NCBI GenBank assembly: GCA_035063585.1
Contig: JAPSGB010000063.1
Location: forward strand, 1-19,861
Direction of reading: 5' to 3'
From: Polyangiaceae bacterium
Lineage (GTDB): Bacteria; Myxococcota_A; Polyangia; Polyangiales; Polyangiaceae
DNA: 19,861 bases
Shown: positions 15,429 to 19,861 of the stretch, one piece after another
Layout of the letters: every line of letters starts with the position of its first letter
How positions within the stretch are numbered: the stretch's first letter is position 1
The notes under the pieces: model-generated
What the model saw: only the letters and a program-made list of their open reading frames with translations
Database searches by the model: none
Told to the model about the DNA's origin: nothing
Made by a program: the position numbers and the translations under genes

Positions 15429-16481
15429 TCAGTCCGGCGGCGCGGCCAGCCGGCGCTCGCGGGCGCCCGCGCCGGGCACCTCGGCGGCGAAGTAGGCGGC
15501 GGGCGTCGCGCCGCTGGCGGCGCGGAACGCCCGATGGAACGCGCTCGTCTCGGAGTAGCCGAGCAAGAACGCGACCTCCCCGACCGGGATGCCGCTCGCG
15601 AGGTAGCGCCTGCCGAGCTCGACGCGCACCTCCTCGACGAGCGTGCGGAACGCGACCCCCTCCTCGCCGAGGCGGCGCTGGAGCGTCCGTACGCTCGAGC
15701 CGAGCGCGCGCGCGACCGCCTCGATGGACACGCCGTCACGGAGCCTCGTGAGCACCTCGCGGCGCACCTTCGCGGAGAGCGGCACCTCGGGTGGCTCGAG
15801 CTCGGTGAGGAGCGCCTCGGCGTGACGCTCGACGAGCGCGCGGAGGGTCGGATCGGCGGCGGACATGCGGGCCGCCAGCGCGCTCGCGGGGAGCTCGAAG
15901 GCGTCCCGATCGGCTCGGAACTCGATGGGACAGTCGAAGAAGCGCTCGTGCTGGCGCGTGGACGGCGGCGCCCGATGACGGAAGCGCACCCGCACGATCT
16001 GGACCGGCTCGGCCACCGCGCGCCGGAGCGCCCGCACGAACGCGGCGATCGCGAACTCCGCGGTCTGCGGCGGGAGCGCCCCGAGCTCATCGCCGAGCAC
16101 CGAGCGCGAGAGCTCGAGCGAAGCGGGCCGCCGCGTCAGCTCGAGCCGCGCCCAGCCGTTGGCGAGCCGGTAATAGCGCCGGACCATCGGGAGCGCCTCG
16201 CCGAGCGTCGCGCACGCGCGCGCCGAGTACTCGACCACGCCGAAGTAGCCGGGCTCGAGCTCCTCGGCCGCGAGGACGCCGAGCGCCGGCTCGCGGGTGA
16301 GTTCGACCGCGCGCTCCCACACGCGGGCCCACGCGGGGACCGGGATGGAGCTTCGCGCGTCGCGGAGCGCCGCGCTCGTGACGCCGGTGTCGACGAGCAC
16401 CTCCTGCTCGGAGACGCCGAAACGACCGGCGGCGAGCACGATGGCGCGAACCTTGGCTGCCGAGACTCCGCATTCGCTCAT
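15429..16481 (-). CDS. AraC family transcriptional regulator (OruR/VirS-like N-terminal domain)
   Basis: GAGGAGGG RBS; FFDCPIEF; HTH VARALGSSVRTLQRRL and VAFLLGYSETSAFHRAFR...GATP; 350 aa. Confidence 0.93.
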   Translation of the reverse strand: MSECGVSAAKVRAIVLAAGRFGVSEQEVLVDTGVTSAALRDARSSIPVPAWARVWERAVELTREPALGVLAAEELEPGYFGVVEYSARACATLGEALPMVRRYYRLANGWARLELTRRPASLELSRSVLGDELGALPPQTAEFAIAAFVRALRRAVAEPVQIVRVRFRHRAPPSTRQHERFFDCPIEFRADRDAFELPASALAARMSAADPTLRALVERHAEALLTELEPPEVPLSAKVRREVLTRLRDGVSIEAVARALGSSVRTLQRRLGEEGVAFRTLVEEVRVELGRRYLASGIPVGEVAFLLGYSETSAFHRAFRAASGATPAAYFAAEVPGAGARERRLAAPPD

Positions 16482-16553
16482 CGGTGGTCCCTCCTCGAGC
16501 GCGTCGTCACCGCTGACGAGCGCGGCGAAGAAGCCGGATGGCCGGCCGCAAGC

Positions 16554-16591
16554 ATGGCATGAACTGTCAACCGAATGGCGTGGATCGTCAA
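16554..16591 (+). promoter_or_regulatory. Tandem 17-bp direct repeat with 21-bp period, probable AraC-type binding site
   Basis: ATGGCATGAACTGTCAA (16554-16570) and ATGGCGTGGATCGTCAA (16575-16591), 13/17 identical, in the divergent intergenic region. Confidence 0.7.
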
Positions 16592-16676
16592 TGATGGGCG
16601 GCCACGGCCGTGGGAGGCTCGAACTCGACGCGACGCGGGGACGCCGCGCAGAGCTGCAACGCACGGAGAGACCACC

Positions 16677-18437
16677 ATGACGGGACGAGGCATGAGTTCG
16701 AGAGGCCTGATTTCGGCGGCGGCGCTAGCTTTCGCCTTCACTGGAACGATAGGGTGCGGAGGCGACGATGGCTCGCCGGCCGCGTCGGGCGGCGCAGGGG
16801 GCGGCGCGGGTAGCGCCGGCTCGCCGGGCACCGGCGGAGCCCCGGGCATCGGAGGGAGCGCGGGCTCGGGCGGCGGGACCGGCGGAGCGGCGGGCGGCAC
16901 CGGCGGAGCGGCCGGCGGGACCGGCGGAGCAGCGGGCGGGACCGGCGGAGCAGCGGGCGGGACCGGCGGAGCGGCGGGCGGCACCGGCGGAGCGGCGGGC
17001 GGGACCGGCGGAACGGGCGCATGGCTCGATCCGGTGCCCGCGCCGGAGCAGGTGTTCTACGTGTCGCCGAACGGCACCGGCGACGGGAAGACGCGCGCGA
17101 ACCCGCTGAACCTCCCCGCCGCGGTCGCTCAGTCCCAGCCCGGCCATTTCTACTGGCTGCTCGAGGGCACCTATGAGGTCGGCGACCTCGACTTCAGCGA
17201 GGAGGGCGGCCCGGATCGGCCCCTCATCTATCGCGCCGAGGAAGGCGCGCACGTCCTCTTCCGAGGTCACGTCACCCTGAGCGCGAGCTGGGTGTGGCTC
17301 TGGGGCGTCGAGATCACCGCGCGGAGCCCCGGCGCGATGGATCGCGACGAGTGCCTTTCCCAGAACGGCGACGGGACGCACGTCATCAACAACGTCTTGC
17401 ACGACTGCGACAACGGCATCCTCTCGTCGGACCGCCACAGCCAGATCGTCTACGGCAACATCATCTACAACGGCCACCACAACGCCTACGTCCAGAACTC
17501 CTTCGACGACAACGGCTACAAGTACTTCGTCAACAACATCAGCTTCAACGCCGACGCGATCCGCGGCAACGCGGCCGGGCCCTACGAGTTCCACGCCTAC
17601 GGCGAGGGCGGCTCGATCAGCGGGCTCTGGCTCGAGAAGAACGTCTTCTTCAACACCAACGGCGGCGGCGAGATGCTCATCGGCGCCAGGAACAAGACGC
17701 CCAACTCCAACGAGGTGCTCCGCGGGAACTACTTCTACAAGTCTAGCGCTCACCTCGGCTTCGCCCGCCCCGTCTCCTTCGAGTTCACCGGCAACTATAT
17801 CGCCCGCACCTTCCTCCAGTCCGAGTACTTCTGGGGCACCGGCGAAACGCGCTTCTCCGAGCAACCGCTCAGCGTCGTAGAGGACAACGAGATCGTCTTG
17901 CCCGAGGACGGCCGGCACATCTCCTTCCGCACCTCCGCCTACCGCGCCGGACCGTTCGGCGACTGCAGCGACCCCACCTGCCGCGACGACGGCGGGCCGC
18001 GGATCCGCGCGGGCGAGCGCTGGGATCGAAACCGCTACTCGACCCCGTTCCGCGCCGGTTTCTACGCGGGCGGCACCGACCGCTTCACCCAGAACAACGA
18101 CTTCGACACCTGGAAGAGCCTGACCGCCGCGGCCGGCGCGGCCTTCGACGCGAACTCCGAGGTCGTCCCCGCACCGAGCGGGCAGAAGGTCGTCCTCATC
18201 CCGAACGAGTATGAGCCCGGGCGCGCGCACCTCATCATCTTCAACTTCGCTCCGTCGAGCGGCGCCACCGCCGCGGTGGATCTCTCGCCGGCGGTCGCGG
18301 CCGGGCGCTCATACCGCATCACCCGCGTCGCGGACGCCTTCGGAACGCCGATCGCCTCCGGCACCCAGAGCGGCGCGAGCGTCTCGGTGCCGGCGAGCGC
18401 TGAATTCCAGGCGTACCTCGTCACGTCACGCCCCTGA
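16677..18437 (+). CDS. Lipoprotein with Gly-rich linker and probable parallel beta-helix (pectin lyase-like) domain
   Basis: GGAGAG RBS; ...AALAFAFTGTIG-C; (GGTGGAA)n; FYVSPNGTGDG...NP, LLEGTY, GGPDRPLIYRA, HVINNVLHD, YGNIIYN, VNNISFN; 586 aa. Alternative start at 16692. Confidence 0.87.
   Translation: MTGRGMSSRGLISAAALAFAFTGTIGCGGDDGSPAASGGAGGGAGSAGSPGTGGAPGIGGSAGSGGGTGGAAGGTGGAAGGTGGAAGGTGGAAGGTGGAAGGTGGAAGGTGGTGAWLDPVPAPEQVFYVSPNGTGDGKTRANPLNLPAAVAQSQPGHFYWLLEGTYEVGDLDFSEEGGPDRPLIYRAEEGAHVLFRGHVTLSASWVWLWGVEITARSPGAMDRDECLSQNGDGTHVINNVLHDCDNGILSSDRHSQIVYGNIIYNGHHNAYVQNSFDDNGYKYFVNNISFNADAIRGNAAGPYEFHAYGEGGSISGLWLEKNVFFNTNGGGEMLIGARNKTPNSNEVLRGNYFYKSSAHLGFARPVSFEFTGNYIARTFLQSEYFWGTGETRFSEQPLSVVEDNEIVLPEDGRHISFRTSAYRAGPFGDCSDPTCRDDGGPRIRAGERWDRNRYSTPFRAGFYAGGTDRFTQNNDFDTWKSLTAAAGAAFDANSEVVPAPSGQKVVLIPNEYEPGRAHLIIFNFAPSSGATAAVDLSPAVAAGRSYRITRVADAFGTPIASGTQSGASVSVPASAEFQAYLVTSRP
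16872..17012. repeat. Coding 21-bp tandem repeat, about 6.7 units (GGTGGAA)
   Basis: ggcgg(g/c)accggcggagc(g/a)gc(g/c) units. Confidence 0.92.
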
Positions 18438-18442
18438 GCGCG

Positions 18443-18460
18443 CGGCCCGGCGCCGGGCCG
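18443..18460. terminator. Perfect 18-bp GC palindrome after the beta-helix gene
   Basis: cggcccggc|gccgggccg, 5 nt after stop 18437; no U-tract. Confidence 0.4.
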
Positions 18461-18506
18461 TCCACTCGACTTGCGCGCATGCGCCCGAGCCCGCAGGCTC
18501 TCGGGC

Positions 18507-19502
18507 GTGCCCGCGGCGCCCTCCCCCGCGTACCTCGCGCTCGGCGCGACCGAGATCCGCCGGCGCGCCGAACGGGCGGTGGCGTCACTCGCGTCGTGCC
18601 GCGCCTGCCCGCGAGGCTGCGCGGTCGATCGGCTGCGGGGCGTCGCGCGCGTGTGCGCTACGGGCCGGTACGCGCGCGTCGCGAGCTACTACCCGCACTT
18701 CGGCGAGGAGGACTGCCTGCGCGGCGCGAGCGGCTCGGGCACCATCTTCTTCGCGTCGTGCAATCTGAGGTGCGTCTTTTGTCAGAACCACGACTTCTCG
18801 CAGCCCGCGCGCGCGGTGCGCGGCGCCGGCAGCCACGCGAACCCGGCGGCGAGTGCGCCCGCCCTCGCGCGCGAGCTCGGGCCCGAGGCGCTCGCGCGCG
18901 TCATGCTGCTCCTCCAGGCTCGCGGCTGCCACAACATCAACCTGGTGACGCCCGAGCACGTGGTGCCGCAAATCTTGGAGGCGCTCCCCATCGCGATCGA
19001 GCAGGGGCTCCGCGTGCCGCTCGTCTACAACACGAGCGGCTACGACGCGCTCGAATCGCTCGCGCTCATGGACGGCGTCGTCGACCTCTACCTGCCGGAT
19101 TTCAAGCTGTGGTCACCCGAGCTGTCGGCGCGCTACTTGAGCGCGCGAGATTATCCGGAGGTGGCGCGCCTCGCGCTCCGCGAGATGCACCGGCAGGTCG
19201 GCGCGCTCGCCCTCGACGCGAGCGGCGTCGCGCGGCGCGGCCTGCTCGTCCGTCATCTGGTGATGCCCGGGCTGGTCGAGGAGGCGCGCTCCATCTTTCG
19301 GTTCATCGCGCGCGAGCTCTCACCGGACACGGCGGTGAACGTGATGGGGCAATACCATCCCGCGCATCGCTCCGGGCAGCACCGCGAGCTCGCTCGGCGC
19401 CCGACCCCCCACGAGCTCGAAGCCGCTCGCGAGGCCGCGCGTGAAGCGGGCCTCACCCGCATCGACGCGAGCGCGCCCGAGCGGCTGTTCGTTTATCTGT
19501 AG
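18507..19502 (+). CDS. Radical SAM protein, PflX-like
   Basis: N-terminal CRACPRGCAVDR...C, HFGEEDCLRG..GSGTIFF, CNLRCVFCQN (CxxxCxxC), HNINLVTP, VYNTSGY, YLPDFK, RHLVMPG, MGQYHP. Start uncertain (TTG 18471 or GTG 18507). Confidence 0.9.
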   Translation: MPAAPSPAYLALGATEIRRRAERAVASLASCRACPRGCAVDRLRGVARVCATGRYARVASYYPHFGEEDCLRGASGSGTIFFASCNLRCVFCQNHDFSQPARAVRGAGSHANPAASAPALARELGPEALARVMLLLQARGCHNINLVTPEHVVPQILEALPIAIEQGLRVPLVYNTSGYDALESLALMDGVVDLYLPDFKLWSPELSARYLSARDYPEVARLALREMHRQVGALALDASGVARRGLLVRHLVMPGLVEEARSIFRFIARELSPDTAVNVMGQYHPAHRSGQHRELARRPTPHELEAAREAAREAGLTRIDASAPERLFVYL

Positions 19503-19513
19503 CCAGAAATACC

Positions 19514-19555
19514 CCGGCGGCGGCGTCGAGCCAGGCGCTCGACGACCGCCGCCGG
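19514..19555. terminator. Long hairpin between convergent genes (bidirectional terminator candidate)
   Basis: ccggcggcggcgtcgagc-caggc-gctcgacg(a)ccgccgccgg: 18-bp stem with one bulge. Confidence 0.6.
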
Positions 19556-19563
19556 TGCAGCGA

Positions 19564-19861
19564 CTAGGGACCGCCGCCCGTGCCGGAGCTACCCGCGCTA
19601 CCGGAGCTGCCCGCGCTACCGGAGCTGCCCGCGCTACCGGAGCTGCCCGCGCTACCGGAGCTGCCCGCGCTACCCGCGCTTCCGGCGCTGCCCGCGCTAC
19701 CCGCGCTACCGGCGCTACCGGCGCTGCCGCCGCCCGAGCCGGCGCTGCCGCCGCCCGAGCCAGCGCTGCCGCCGCCCGAGCCAGCGCTGCCGCCGCCCGA
19801 GCCAGCGCTGCCGCCGCCCGAGCCAGCGCTGCCGCCGCCCGAGCCGGCGCTGCCGCCGCCC
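19564..19861 (-). CDS. 3' end of a CDS with a Gly/Ser/Ala repeat C-terminus (partial, runs off the window)
   Basis: Open frame (GGGSAGS)n(GSA)n(GSAGSS)n-GTGGGP-TAG(19566-19564), followed by a hairpin; variation between units is mostly synonymous in this frame. Confidence 0.7.
   Translation of the reverse strand, partial: GGGSAGSGGGSAGSGGGSAGSGGGSAGSGGGSAGSGGGSAGSGGGSAGSAGSAGSAGSAGSAGSAGSSGSAGSSGSAGSSGSAGSSGSAGSSGTGGGP
19583..19861. repeat. Compound tandem repeat: 18 bp x5, 9-bp units, 21 bp x about 6.7
   Basis: ccggagct(g/a)cccgcgcta x5 (19583-19672); gcgctgccgccgcccgagcc(a/g) from 19721 to the window end. Confidence 0.92.

Noticed and set aside
18507..19502. RiPP-maturing radical SAM system
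   Set aside because: No SPASM/twitch domain, precursor peptide or transporter; motifs match the PflX-like family.

Overview
Very GC-rich bacterial chromosomal segment. A myxobacterial (Polyangiaceae/Sorangiineae-like) origin is inferred from a MYXO-CTERM-type sorting signal and many Cys-rich or Gly-linker lipoproteins. It holds 14 complete CDSs and one partial CDS. Housekeeping-type genes: RRM RNA-binding protein, glnS fused to a GatB/YqeY domain, speD-type decarboxylase, an XPB/Rad25-like helicase followed by a DUF790 (Bax1-like) nuclease, a histidine phosphatase and a PflX-like radical SAM protein. Interleaved accessory genes: a Kazal plus defensin-like lipoprotein, a lipobox plus MYXO-CTERM Cys-rich protein, two Gly-linker beta-helix lipoproteins (one divergent from an AraC regulator), a two-domain RcsF/YbjQ-like lipoprotein, and a membrane protein with five putative zinc ribbons and a 22-Asp run. 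No tRNA, rRNA, CRISPR array or mobile element was seen. The best candidates for undescribed biology are the zinc-ribbon/poly-Asp membrane protein, the bacterial XPB-Bax1-like pair, the Kazal/defensin-like lipoprotein and an AT-rich operator-like palindrome. All family calls come from motif recognition by eye; no database search was run.
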